Shown: piece after piece, positions 54,633 to 64,000 of the stretch
How the letters are laid out: every line of letters starts with the position of its first letter
Numbering within the stretch: the stretch's first letter is position 1
IMG/VR virus record: IMGVR_UViG_3300008267_000003
Coordinates: 64,001 to 128,000 of that record
Strand: one strand, 5' to 3'
DNA from: a virus
DNA length: 64,000 nt
Made by a program: the position numbers and the translations under genes
The notes under the pieces: model-generated
What the model was told of the DNA's origin: nothing
Databases searched by the model: none
The model's input: only the letters and a program-made list of their open reading frames with translations

Positions 54633-57600
54633 CTACAAAGATCACTGCTGATAACATTGAGCAAACTACACTTGCCACACTTTCAGGTGGTCCAGCAATT
54701 GCTAATATTCAGATTGCAAATTCATCATACGGTCTATTAGATGATACTGCTGTGAATACAGCTGGTGGCTATGTGGTAATTAATGGAACTAAGTTTTCGA
54801 ATGGATGTTCTGTCCTTATAGGTAACACTGTAGCTACAACTGTTACGTTTGTATCAGCTACTCAGGTTAGAGCTCAGGTACCTGCAAAGGTTGGAGCTTC
54901 ATATGTGGTGTATGTGACTAATCCGGATGGTGGTACTGCTATTGCAGTAAACGGTCTTACATATAGTAACACTCCTGTTTGGGCTACAAATAGTACATTG
55001 ACCCCGGGTGCTGTTGATGAGGCTATTAGTATTAATTTATCTGCCCCTTCAGATTCCAACGTTGTTTATTCTGTTGCTGCAGGTAGCTCGCTTCCATCTG
55101 GTGTGTCATTAGCTTCAAATGGATTGTTGAGCGGCACTATCACTGGTATATCAGAAGAAACCACTTATAACTTTACCGTGGATGCGATCGACGTTGAACT
55201 ACAGGATACGTCTAGATCATTTAGCATAACTATTATAGCTGGTGATCAATACTACAAAAACACAACATTACATTTGAATGGTGAAACAGCATCTAATACA
55301 TGGATCATAGATGCTAGTACTAATAAGTTTCCAATCACCGTTGCTGGTGATACTAAGCCCGTAGGATTTAGTCCATATGAAACTATTTGGAGTAATTATT
55401 TTGATGGTGCCGGGGATGACTTAACGATCCCTACGAACTCGGCTTTCACTTACGGTACTGGAGATTTTACCATAGAAATGTGGGTGTATATAACAGCCAA
55501 TCCAGGCGATTACGCTTATTTTTATGCCCAAGGGCCTAACACAACTGCGTCTATGTGTTTATATATTCAAAGTGGGAAATTCAATGTTTGGAACGGATCC
55601 AACATTATTGTTGGATCAACATCATATTCACTGAACAGGTGGTATCACGTTGCGTTAAGTAGATCGGGAACATCTTTAAAATTGTTTTTGAATGGTGTTG
55701 AAGATGGATCTGCAACAAATAGTAGTAATATAACAACCGGGTCTACATATGGTTCAACCATCGGTCGTTGGGTAGAAATTGTAGATAATCGTTATTTCAC
55801 TGGATACATCTCAAATGCTCGTGTCGTTAAAGGCACTGCACTCTACACAGCAAACTTCACTCCACCAACCTCACCATTAACCGCAATCACAAACACCAGT
55901 TTATTAACCTGTCAAAGTAATAGATTAAGAGATGCTAGCACAAATAATTTTACAATTACAAGAAACGGTGATGTATCAGTAAGTAATTTTGGTCCTTTTG
56001 TCGAAACTGATTTAATTACTGGTAGTGCATTTTTTGATGGCACAGGGGATTATTTAAATGCAGGTACTACTCAACTTTGGACTCCTGCTAATAGTTTTAC
56101 TGTAGAAAGCTGGTTTTATATTACTTCTTTTGGTGGTAACACTAGAGGGCTTTTTGCTAAAGATGCTGGTACCTCAGGTTCCTCTAGAGGCATATCGATT
56201 TACGTAAACACAAATGGATCGGTAACTGTATTTTATTCATCATCTGGATCAGACGAATTATCTGCAACTTCTGTTTCTTCTGGTTTAGTAACAGTTAATC
56301 AATGGTATCATTTTGCTTTTGTCAAAAACGGAAGTAGTTGCACTCTTTATTTAAATGGATCTTCAGTATTATCCTTCACTTCAGCAACTATTGCGTGTCC
56401 CGTATCTCCATCAAATTTAATCGGTGCGTTTACAAATGGATCAACTGCTTTAAATATGCTAGGGTATATGAGTGATTTTAGATTGGTTTCAAACACAGCA
56501 GTCTACACTTCAAACTTTACACCACCAACCACACCATTAACTGCAATTGCAAACACAAGTTTACTCACACTACAATCTCGTATTGGCGAAAACAATAATC
56601 GTTTTGTTGATACTTCTGGATTGAATAATATTATCACTAGAAACGGTAATACAACACAAGGTACATTTAGTCCATATCAAAGAGGTGGTTGGAGTGGTTA
56701 TTTTACGGGATCATCAACAAGTTACATATCGACACCATCGACAACATTATTAAATCAAGGACAAACATACACTGTACAGTGTTGGATATATCCAACATCA
56801 TTTACAACATCAACTAGCGCTGTTCGTAGAATGTATCTGTTTGTTAAGGGTGTTATTTACGCAGGTTTATCAATACATAGTGACGGAACATTAGGTTGGT
56901 ATGGTTGGCCTACTCCTGGTGGAATGATAGCTACTTCAGCGGCAGGAACAATCACAACTAATTCTTGGCAGCATGTTGCACTCGTTGTTAATCCCGGCAA
57001 CTATATTAAGTTATTTAAAAATGGTGTAGAAGTAGGAACAGCGAGTTATACTGCTGCAGGCGCAGATGGATCAGCGATAATAATAGGGCATGGTGATACA
57101 GGTCAAGGTACCGATGGATTCATTGGATATATTAGTAATTTTAAGATAACCCAATCAGCATTAACCGGTGGTCAATTGGATTATTCCACCACACCAACAA
57201 TTTCCTCACCAACAGGATCCTCGTTATTAACATTGCAAACGAATCAATTCAATGATACAAGCAACTATAATTTATCTATAACACCAGCCGCAGCTGCATC
57301 AGTACAACCATTTAGTCCATTCAAAACGCATACGATAACAGCTAATACTCTTAGTGTTTTTTTTAATGGTACTGGAGACTTTTTAAGTGTTCCTGTAAAT
57401 ACTGCTTTTCAATTTGGAACTGGAGATTTTACAATTGAATGCTGGTGGTATCCGACAAGTTTAGCAACATTCCAACCTTTGATTTATCATACTGATGACA
57501 GCGGCGTTGCTGGAACAGGAGAGTATGTATTAGTTTATAATACAACTTTAGGAATGAGGTTTTATATAAACGGTGGAACAACAACAATAACACAAGGAAA

Positions 57601-59158
57601 TACTACAGGATGGTCTACAAATTTGTGGTACCATGTAGCAGCAGTTAGAAACGGAAATACGTTAACGATTTATAGAAACGGAATTTCTATTGCAAGCGGT
57701 AGTGTTTCGGGAATTACTATTGGTGCAAGTGTACTAACTTACATAGCCGGAGAACCATTTGATCCAGGATATATGACAGGGTATATTTCGAATGTTCGTA
57801 TCGTTAAAGGAACCGCAGTCTACACTTCAAACTTTACACCACCAACCTCACCATTAACCGCAATTGCAAACACCAGTTTATTAACCTGTCAGTCGAGCAG
57901 TATAATTGACAATAGCACAAATAATTTTGCAATTACAAGAAATGGTAATGCTAGAGTTACTACTGTGAATCCATTAGGATTTACCGTAACTAATTTATCA
58001 GGATCATCGGCGGATTATTCCATCATTGACGAAGGTGGTAGTATGTACTTTGATGGCACTGGTGATTATTTGGCAACTGCGGATAAAGTTGATTTAAGAC
58101 CAGGAACTTCCAACTTTACTTTAGAAGGTTGGATTTATCGTGATGTTGCTGGTGCAGCACACACCATATATGCAAAAGGTGGAGCGTCAACAGGTATTTT
58201 ATTACAAGTCACATCTACAAATGTATTGAGGTTTACTCATACAACAACTAATATAGATTCTACTATAACTATACCAGCAAAATCTTGGACTCATGTAGCA
58301 GTGGTACGTAGTGGCACTTCAACAAATCAAACTAAACTCTATATTAATGGTGTATTTGCAGCACAAGGAACAGTAAGTACTGATTTCACACAAACAGAAG
58401 AAGCTAGAGTTGGAACAAACAGAGCTGCTGGTGAAAACTTTAATGGTTATATTTCCGCATTGAGATTCTTAAAAGGTGTTGATCATTACACTTCTGGATT
58501 TGTACCACCAGCTGCACCACTAACACCCATTGTAGGAAGTACTTTATTGTTGAATGGTACTAATGGTGGTGTTTTTGATTACACTAGAAAAAATAATTTA
58601 GAAACAGTTGGTGATATTAAGATCAGAAACAATATTGTTAAGTATGGTAACACATCAATGTATTTTGATGGTACTGGAGATTATTTAAAAGCATCAACAT
58701 CCGACATGGGTAATTTTGGCACAGGAAATTTTACAATTGAGATGTGGGTGTACTTTAACACTGTTTCAGGAACACAAAATTTAATTGATTTTAGAACAGC
58801 AACAAATGATGTTGCTTTAACAATCGCCTTAGCGAGTAGTGCTATAATATTATATGTAACCGGGTCTACAAGAATAACAACATCAACTTTGTCTGCTACA
58901 ACTTGGTATCATATCGCGTGTGTTCGCAGTTCTGGTGTTACAAAAATTTATATCAATGGAACTCAATCTGGATCTAATTATACCGATACCAATTCTTATG
59001 TAGGAAAGGCAAATAGGCCTTTGATCGGCGAATTGGCTGATGGAACTACACCATTACAACCATTAAATGCTTATGTTGACGATCTTCGTATCACCAAAGG
59101 TGTTGCAAGATACACCGCAAACTTCACAGCACCTACATCAGCTTTACTGACCAGATGA
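54629..59158 (+). CDS. Large fibre / receptor-binding protein with Ig-like and repeated LamG (ConA-like) domains
   Basis: Repeated FDGTGDYL, FTIE.W.Y, WYHVA..R and YT.NFTPPT.PLTAI motifs. Confidence 0.85.
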   Translation: MTTKITADNIEQTTLATLSGGPAIANIQIANSSYGLLDDTAVNTAGGYVVINGTKFSNGCSVLIGNTVATTVTFVSATQVRAQVPAKVGASYVVYVTNPDGGTAIAVNGLTYSNTPVWATNSTLTPGAVDEAISINLSAPSDSNVVYSVAAGSSLPSGVSLASNGLLSGTITGISEETTYNFTVDAIDVELQDTSRSFSITIIAGDQYYKNTTLHLNGETASNTWIIDASTNKFPITVAGDTKPVGFSPYETIWSNYFDGAGDDLTIPTNSAFTYGTGDFTIEMWVYITANPGDYAYFYAQGPNTTASMCLYIQSGKFNVWNGSNIIVGSTSYSLNRWYHVALSRSGTSLKLFLNGVEDGSATNSSNITTGSTYGSTIGRWVEIVDNRYFTGYISNARVVKGTALYTANFTPPTSPLTAITNTSLLTCQSNRLRDASTNNFTITRNGDVSVSNFGPFVETDLITGSAFFDGTGDYLNAGTTQLWTPANSFTVESWFYITSFGGNTRGLFAKDAGTSGSSRGISIYVNTNGSVTVFYSSSGSDELSATSVSSGLVTVNQWYHFAFVKNGSSCTLYLNGSSVLSFTSATIACPVSPSNLIGAFTNGSTALNMLGYMSDFRLVSNTAVYTSNFTPPTTPLTAIANTSLLTLQSRIGENNNRFVDTSGLNNIITRNGNTTQGTFSPYQRGGWSGYFTGSSTSYISTPSTTLLNQGQTYTVQCWIYPTSFTTSTSAVRRMYLFVKGVIYAGLSIHSDGTLGWYGWPTPGGMIATSAAGTITTNSWQHVALVVNPGNYIKLFKNGVEVGTASYTAAGADGSAIIIGHGDTGQGTDGFIGYISNFKITQSALTGGQLDYSTTPTISSPTGSSLLTLQTNQFNDTSNYNLSITPAAAASVQPFSPFKTHTITANTLSVFFNGTGDFLSVPVNTAFQFGTGDFTIECWWYPTSLATFQPLIYHTDDSGVAGTGEYVLVYNTTLGMRFYINGGTTTITQGNTTGWSTNLWYHVAAVRNGNTLTIYRNGISIASGSVSGITIGASVLTYIAGEPFDPGYMTGYISNVRIVKGTAVYTSNFTPPTSPLTAIANTSLLTCQSSSIIDNSTNNFAITRNGNARVTTVNPLGFTVTNLSGSSADYSIIDEGGSMYFDGTGDYLATADKVDLRPGTSNFTLEGWIYRDVAGAAHTIYAKGGASTGILLQVTSTNVLRFTHTTTNIDSTITIPAKSWTHVAVVRSGTSTNQTKLYINGVFAAQGTVSTDFTQTEEARVGTNRAAGENFNGYISALRFLKGVDHYTSGFVPPAAPLTPIVGSTLLLNGTNGGVFDYTRKNNLETVGDIKIRNNIVKYGNTSMYFDGTGDYLKASTSDMGNFGTGNFTIEMWVYFNTVSGTQNLIDFRTATNDVALTIALASSAIILYVTGSTRITTSTLSATTWYHIACVRSSGVTKIYINGTQSGSNYTDTNSYVGKANRPLIGELADGTTPLQPLNAYVDDLRITKGVARYTANFTAPTSALLTR

Positions 59159-59511
59159 CAACTAAAATAACAGCAGCTAATATTTCCGAAGCAGCACTAA
59201 CCACTATTAGTGGTGGTCCTAAAGTAACATCCATCTCATCCACTAACTCACTTTACGGTGCTTTAGAATCTAACACAGTTAATGCTACTGCAGGTGGATA
59301 CATTAAAGTCTTAGGTTCAGGATTTGCTAATGTTACACAGATATATATTGACGTAGATAACCCAACTCTTGCAACATCTGTTTCGTTTATTAGTAACACA
59401 GAAGTGAGAGCTGTTGTACCAGCCAAAACAGCTGGTTCATATCTCGTATACGTTGTAAGAACAACAGATGGCGCAGTAGCCACTGTCATTAACGGAATAA
59501 CATATGCGTAA
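59155..59511 (+). CDS. IPT/TIG-like protein paralogous to the fibre N-terminus
   Basis: MTTKITA.NI...SGGP...AGGY...VRA.VPAK...DG...NG.TY shared with 54629. Confidence 0.7.
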   Translation: MTTKITAANISEAALTTISGGPKVTSISSTNSLYGALESNTVNATAGGYIKVLGSGFANVTQIYIDVDNPTLATSVSFISNTEVRAVVPAKTAGSYLVYVVRTTDGAVATVINGITYA

Positions 59512-59542
59512 AAACGTAAGAAAAAATAACTAAAGGACTAAC

Positions 59543-60184
59543 GTGAATACATTATTTGACGATATTGCAAAATTTAGAGATGAAGAGGTTGATGGTATTG
59601 GAGGGTGGTGGTGGCCCGTTGCTGATGATGGAGCGTGGGATGGTCCAAGTAAAGATTGGCAAGGGTTGAAGAATGCATTTCAATATGTGAAACAAAAAGG
59701 GGTTGTAGTTCAGGCAGGAGGTAATTGTGGTCTTTATCCAAGGCTACTATCCGAACATTTTGACTATGTTTACACATTCGAACCAGATCTCTATAACTTC
59801 CACTTTCTAGCTCGTAACTGCCAAAAAGAAAACATTATTAAAATTAATGCTGCTCTTGGTGAAATGAACAAATTAGTAGGTACATCTAGATCCGGATATA
59901 CAAGTAACAACTGCGGTGGATTGACTGTCACAAACAACAATACTTTTATTCCAACATTCTCCATTGATCAACTAGCACTTAGTCGCTGTGATATGATTCA
60001 GCTCGATTGTGAGGGTTATGAACCAAACGTGATTGTTGGTGCAATGGAAACAATTCTACAGTTTAAACCAGTTATAACATTGGAAACCTGCACAATAGAG
60101 ATTGAACAATTACTAACTCCTCTTGGTTATAAAAGAATGGAAGGACGATTTGGTCATGTTGATCAATGTCTCGTAGCTTCATGA
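59543..60184 (+). CDS. FkbM-family SAM methyltransferase
   Basis: QAGGNCG, TFEP, QLDCEGYE. Confidence 0.85.
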   Translation: MNTLFDDIAKFRDEEVDGIGGWWWPVADDGAWDGPSKDWQGLKNAFQYVKQKGVVVQAGGNCGLYPRLLSEHFDYVYTFEPDLYNFHFLARNCQKENIIKINAALGEMNKLVGTSRSGYTSNNCGGLTVTNNNTFIPTFSIDQLALSRCDMIQLDCEGYEPNVIVGAMETILQFKPVITLETCTIEIEQLLTPLGYKRMEGRFGHVDQCLVAS

Positions 60185-60186
60185 AT

Positions 60187-60194
60187 TATAAATA
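60187..60194 (+). promoter_or_regulatory. Late promoter TATAAATA
   Basis: Exact consensus. Confidence 0.8.
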
Positions 60195-60239
60195 AAGTAT
60201 AATCCCGGCAGTAAGGCCTAGGTAAACCTGCGGAAAACT

Positions 60240-62153
60240 ATGAAAAAAGATAAAGATAATCAAAATACGGCTATCAGCCGTGCCAAAAAAGGACAAGCAA
60301 TTCTAACTGGTAATCCAGCAGATATTGTTGTTGTCAGCCCCGAAGAAAAGCCTAAAAAGCTCCAATCAGAAGATCATTTACTTGAAAAAGTAGTTAGCCT
60401 TGTTCAACGTCGTAAGAGAGCAATCTCTATGAGACGTCGTGAACCTAAGATGGAGCGTAGACGTCAAATCTTAAAAACTAGACTAGCATCTAAAGAAAAG
60501 TTAATGCAGCGTGCCATGAGAATGGCTAAGCAGCTTTTGCGTAGAAAGATGGCTGGTAAACGTGGCTCTCAGTATCAATACCTTGGTCCTACAGAAAGAC
60601 TTAATATTGATAAAATGATTGAGCCAAGAGCCCAGGCAATTAAAAAGATTGCAATGAGACTGCTTCCAAGAGTTCAATCTGGTGAAAGAAGAAGACTTAG
60701 TGCAGTTCACGCTGGCAAATCTACTAAAGGTGTTTATAACACATCAACCAGTATTGTATCTCACTACGAACCAAGTATTAAATCCAATTTGATTGGTGAG
60801 AAGATCTCCAAAGAAGATTTGAATCAATTGTTCAGTCTTTACGAAGCTGGTTTTATGAGAAATCTTGGTTCTGTAATAACTTCTCCTATTAGAGCAGCTG
60901 GTATTGTAGGTAAGATTGGTTTAGGAGCAGCGGCAATCAGCAGTGCAATGTCTACACCTAGAGGGGCTGTAGGTACACTGGCTGCAGGAACTGCTGCTGC
61001 AAGTAAGAAGATGTCTGAGTTTGGAAAAATAGACAAAGACAAAGAAAAAGATACTGGTAAGTCATGGTCTCTGTTCAAAACTCCTCAAGAGAAAATGGAG
61101 TTGGAAAGACTCAAGCAATCTAAAGAAGCCACAACACAGTCAAAGATAACTACTCAGCAAAAGAAACTTGATTTAGCATCACAGAAGGATGAATTAGAGA
61201 AGAAAAAGAAACTTAACCTTGTAGCTCATAAAGAATGGGACTATGAAGGATATCTTACTGAAAAAGCTCTGCACAGCATATTTCAAAAGTCTCTAGATAG
61301 TGATATACCTTTTGAGTCTCTTAAAGAAGTATTCAACAGGGGAATACAAGAGTGTAGCTGTCAAGGTATGAAAGAGAAGCAACAGGTTGCAATGCAGCGT
61401 GTTAACTCGTTTATCTCTCAGGGTAAGTCTTATTATGAAGAGGATAAGGATATTGCTGAGAGACAAGGTCTATGGGCTAATATTCACGCTAAGCGTAAAC
61501 GTATCGAATCTGGGTCTGGTGAAAGAATGAGAAAGCCAGGATCCAAAGGTGCTCCAACAAAACAAAACTTTGTTGATGCTGCAGAGGAAACTGTAAAGAA
61601 GACACCACATGAAAAGTTTAAAGCTGGTTTAAAGAAAGCTGGATACGATCCTGACGCAGGTGCAAAAAGGTTATTAGATCTTATTGCAAAGCAAAAGAAA
61701 GAGCGTGAAGAGCGTGAAGCAAAGTATAAAGAGATGTCTGAAGAAGATCAGCTCAATGAGTATGGAGATACTGCTAAGGGTCAGAAAATGCTGACCAAGG
61801 TTCAGAAACGAGCAGTAGATAGAGTAGTATCTAAAAAAGCAGATACAGATCCTAAGTATGCTAAAAAGAATAGCGATACTGCTAAACGTGCTTGGGAGAG
61901 ATTTACTAATATTGATGAGAGCTTTGTCGTGGACCGTGCAGCTGGTTACAGTACGACGTACACAGCGGCGGATTTAGGTATTAAAATGCAAGGTGGTTTT
62001 GAACTACATCCTTCAGTAACGGAAGAAGGTGGGGCAGGTGATGAGGGTACTAACAAGCTAGTTAATAAATATAAAAAAGATACTCCAGGTGAGCAGCTTG
62101 AAGCTATGATTAGAATGATGAGATCAAAAAGAAAGGCTAGCACACCATGCTAA
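60240..62153 (+). CDS. Large basic modular late protein (probable internal head protein)
   Basis: Arg/Lys-rich modules separated by L/I-x-E sites. Confidence 0.55.
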   Translation: MKKDKDNQNTAISRAKKGQAILTGNPADIVVVSPEEKPKKLQSEDHLLEKVVSLVQRRKRAISMRRREPKMERRRQILKTRLASKEKLMQRAMRMAKQLLRRKMAGKRGSQYQYLGPTERLNIDKMIEPRAQAIKKIAMRLLPRVQSGERRRLSAVHAGKSTKGVYNTSTSIVSHYEPSIKSNLIGEKISKEDLNQLFSLYEAGFMRNLGSVITSPIRAAGIVGKIGLGAAAISSAMSTPRGAVGTLAAGTAAASKKMSEFGKIDKDKEKDTGKSWSLFKTPQEKMELERLKQSKEATTQSKITTQQKKLDLASQKDELEKKKKLNLVAHKEWDYEGYLTEKALHSIFQKSLDSDIPFESLKEVFNRGIQECSCQGMKEKQQVAMQRVNSFISQGKSYYEEDKDIAERQGLWANIHAKRKRIESGSGERMRKPGSKGAPTKQNFVDAAEETVKKTPHEKFKAGLKKAGYDPDAGAKRLLDLIAKQKKEREEREAKYKEMSEEDQLNEYGDTAKGQKMLTKVQKRAVDRVVSKKADTDPKYAKKNSDTAKRAWERFTNIDESFVVDRAAGYSTTYTAADLGIKMQGGFELHPSVTEEGGAGDEGTNKLVNKYKKDTPGEQLEAMIRMMRSKRKASTPC

Positions 62154-62413
62154 GTTTCTTAGAATACATAGCTGAAGCAGAATATCAAGGTCGTGATGTA
62201 CCTCTTAACAAGCCTATGGCTGGAGACGTAAAGAAGTCAAAAGTGTTTGTCAAGAATGAGTCAGGTAACGTTGTAAAAGTAAACTTTGGTGACAAGAATA
62301 TGACTATTAAAAAGAATATTCCTGCTCGCCGTAGAAGCTTTAGAGCAAGACACAACTGCGACAATCCTGGTCCTAAAACAAAAGCAAGATATTGGTCATG
62401 TAAGGCATGGTAA
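62147..62413 (+). CDS. Small basic virion-associated protein
   Basis: MLSFLEYIAE leader; VNFGD, SFRARHNC, ARYWSC. Confidence 0.65.
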   Translation: MLSFLEYIAEAEYQGRDVPLNKPMAGDVKKSKVFVKNESGNVVKVNFGDKNMTIKKNIPARRRSFRARHNCDNPGPKTKARYWSCKAW

Positions 62414-62414
62414 T

Positions 62415-62861
62415 ATGAAAGAACAACTAAACGAAAAAATGAAGGTGGTATTAGCAGATAGTTTTGCTTTCTACCTCAAAGCACACCAGTTTCACTGGAA
62501 TGTTGAAGGACCTAATTTTCCACAGTATCATGAGTTTCTTGGTAACTTGTACGAAGAAGTGCATGCTGCTATTGATACAATCGCAGAAGAGATAAGATCA
62601 CTTGGTGTATACGCTCCAGGTTCATTTAGTAGATATTCTGAGTTATCCTCAATTAAAGATAATAGAGGTCTTCCATCAGCAGGTGAGATGATGAATGAAT
62701 TGTTAGCTGATAACCAGATTGTTTTAAATACTCTAGATGAAGCTTATAGATTAGCTGAAGAGTATGATGAAATTGGTCTATCTAACTTCTTGCAGGATAG
62801 ATATGATGCACATAAAAAGCATGCGTGGATGCTTTCATCCATTCTAAAGAGAGACAGATGA
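62415..62861 (+). CDS. dps: Dps / ferritin-like protein
   Basis: KAHQFHWNVEGPNF..YH, DTIAEEIR, HKKHAWML. Confidence 0.92.
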   Translation: MKEQLNEKMKVVLADSFAFYLKAHQFHWNVEGPNFPQYHEFLGNLYEEVHAAIDTIAEEIRSLGVYAPGSFSRYSELSSIKDNRGLPSAGEMMNELLADNQIVLNTLDEAYRLAEEYDEIGLSNFLQDRYDAHKKHAWMLSSILKRDR

Positions 62862-63433
62862 AATACGTTACATTAGAAAATAGAATTAGATCGGTTATTC
62901 GTGAGTCTAGAAAAAGACTTTACGAAGCTAAAAAGCCACCTATTGAAAAAGATCAGGCAGATCAGATTGCTGCTGGTACATACGTAACAAAACACTTTGA
63001 GATGTGTCCTGGGTCACAGAAACTATTCACATCTTTACCCAAAGGTGTTGACCCAATGAAAGCAGAGAGATTAGCTATTCTACATGATCAGCTATTTGCT
63101 CTTGAAAAGCACGCTAAAGCTCAGGAAAGAACTACTCAGTCTGATGTTGATGAGGCTGGTAAATTAGCAGATAGAATTAGAACATTAGCTGACGAAATGG
63201 GTATTGCAGACAGAGTTGGGTATATCAAAGATCATTTAGACCTCTTTAATAAATATTTACAGCCAGATAGTAATATTGTTGATAAACTTACCCCAGAGCA
63301 TATGAAGAGATTGTTTACTCCTCCTATTACCAGCACTCCTGAACCTAAGGATAATGATATTGATAACTCAAAGTTTGTTTTATCAAGAAATATTAAAGCT
63401 CAAAGAAAACTAAAAATCATAGACGCAGACTAA
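62858..63433 (+). CDS. Hypothetical late protein
   Basis: ATGA coupling to dps. Confidence 0.6.
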   Translation: MKYVTLENRIRSVIRESRKRLYEAKKPPIEKDQADQIAAGTYVTKHFEMCPGSQKLFTSLPKGVDPMKAERLAILHDQLFALEKHAKAQERTTQSDVDEAGKLADRIRTLADEMGIADRVGYIKDHLDLFNKYLQPDSNIVDKLTPEHMKRLFTPPITSTPEPKDNDIDNSKFVLSRNIKAQRKLKIIDAD

Positions 63434-63434
63434 A

Positions 63435-64000
63435 ATGAAAAAAATCTACGAAGACATCAACAGGATCCTTAGTGAGAAGAAGTTTACTTCATCTTCTCGG
63501 TCACAACCAATTATAGATGTTAAATTTAAGGAGGTAAGGGATTTTGTACCAGATTTGAAGACACCTATCAATCGTAGAGGTGGTCCTCCAGACGGTCTTC
63601 CAAAAAGGTTAGCTGGAAGTCTTGGTAGAGGAGCTAATATTCTAGCTCTAGCTGATTTATTAAGCACTCACGGTGAATTGAATACAGGTGAAGATGACGA
63701 GCTTAAGAAGAGACGCGCGTCTGATCCAAAATATCAGGAAGCTGAGCGTCAGCTGAATAAACCTAGACCTGTAAATTTTAGAGATGATAAAGGAATTCAG
63801 TATGATACTCAGGGTAACCCATTCAGAGATCCTAACAAGGAAGCAATGGCTACCCACTCAGCAATAACTAAGAAAGACGTTGTTCCGCAGGCATCATCTA
63901 TAAGCACAACTAGACGAGCAACGTCAAAGAGAGTTGCTTCCGACAATACAGCTAGTAGTAATCAAACAACTGCTAACACTTACTGGACTAACCCAAATCA
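63435..64000 (+). CDS. Hypothetical protein, 3'-truncated by window edge
   Basis: MKKIYEDINRILSE... frame open to window end. Confidence 0.6.
   Translation, partial: MKKIYEDINRILSEKKFTSSSRSQPIIDVKFKEVRDFVPDLKTPINRRGGPPDGLPKRLAGSLGRGANILALADLLSTHGELNTGEDDELKKRRASDPKYQEAERQLNKPRPVNFRDDKGIQYDTQGNPFRDPNKEAMATHSAITKKDVVPQASSISTTRRATSKRVASDNTASSNQTTANTYWTNPN

Noticed and set aside
54629-59158. Diversity-generating retroelement targeting the fibre
   Set aside because: No reverse transcriptase in the window; the repeats are in-frame coding duplications without adenine-specific differences.
947-63857. Numerous minus-strand ORFs and short alternate-frame ORFs in the ORF track
   Set aside because: They lie within well-supported plus-strand genes or tRNAs, show no recognisable motifs, and run against the uniform transcription direction.
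1-64000. Stop-codon reassignment
   Set aside because: Core genes are full length in the standard code, TAA, TAG and TGA all serve as stops, and no suppressor tRNA was found.

Overview
A 64-kb segment of a T4-like (Tevenvirinae-type architecture) myophage genome, coding almost entirely on the + strand. Order: neck, tail, terminase and head genes (gp14-gp23); recombination and late transcription genes (gp3, uvsY, uvsW, gp55, gp47, gp46); a split 7-deazaguanine pathway (queE, PRTase, queD ... folE ... dpdL-like, dpdA-like) with no queC in the window; a ~9-kb array of 24 tRNAs interleaved with structured non-coding elements; the replisome (gp45, gp44, gp62, regA, gp43, uvsX, gp41) with auxiliary genes (def, phoH, hsp20, clpP, dps); and a late region of probable capsid-packaged proteins plus a LamG-repeat fibre. 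The strongest candidate for an undescribed system is at 24870-25089. A sigma70 promoter is followed by a 29-codon leader ORF in which 15 consecutive codons each need a different tRNA, then mutually exclusive antiterminator/terminator hairpins and an rrn-type boxA, directly in front of the tRNA operon. This reads as a ribosome-stalling attenuator that would switch on phage tRNAs when host tRNAs are depleted or cleaved. Other leads are two paralogous ~370-nt structured RNAs with covarying stems, four long hairpins (three overlapping tRNA CCA ends), a predicted 7-deazaguanine DNA modification route, and an operon of His-rich enzymes carrying T4-type capsid-targeting sequences. All calls come from reading motifs by eye; no searches or folding programs were run.
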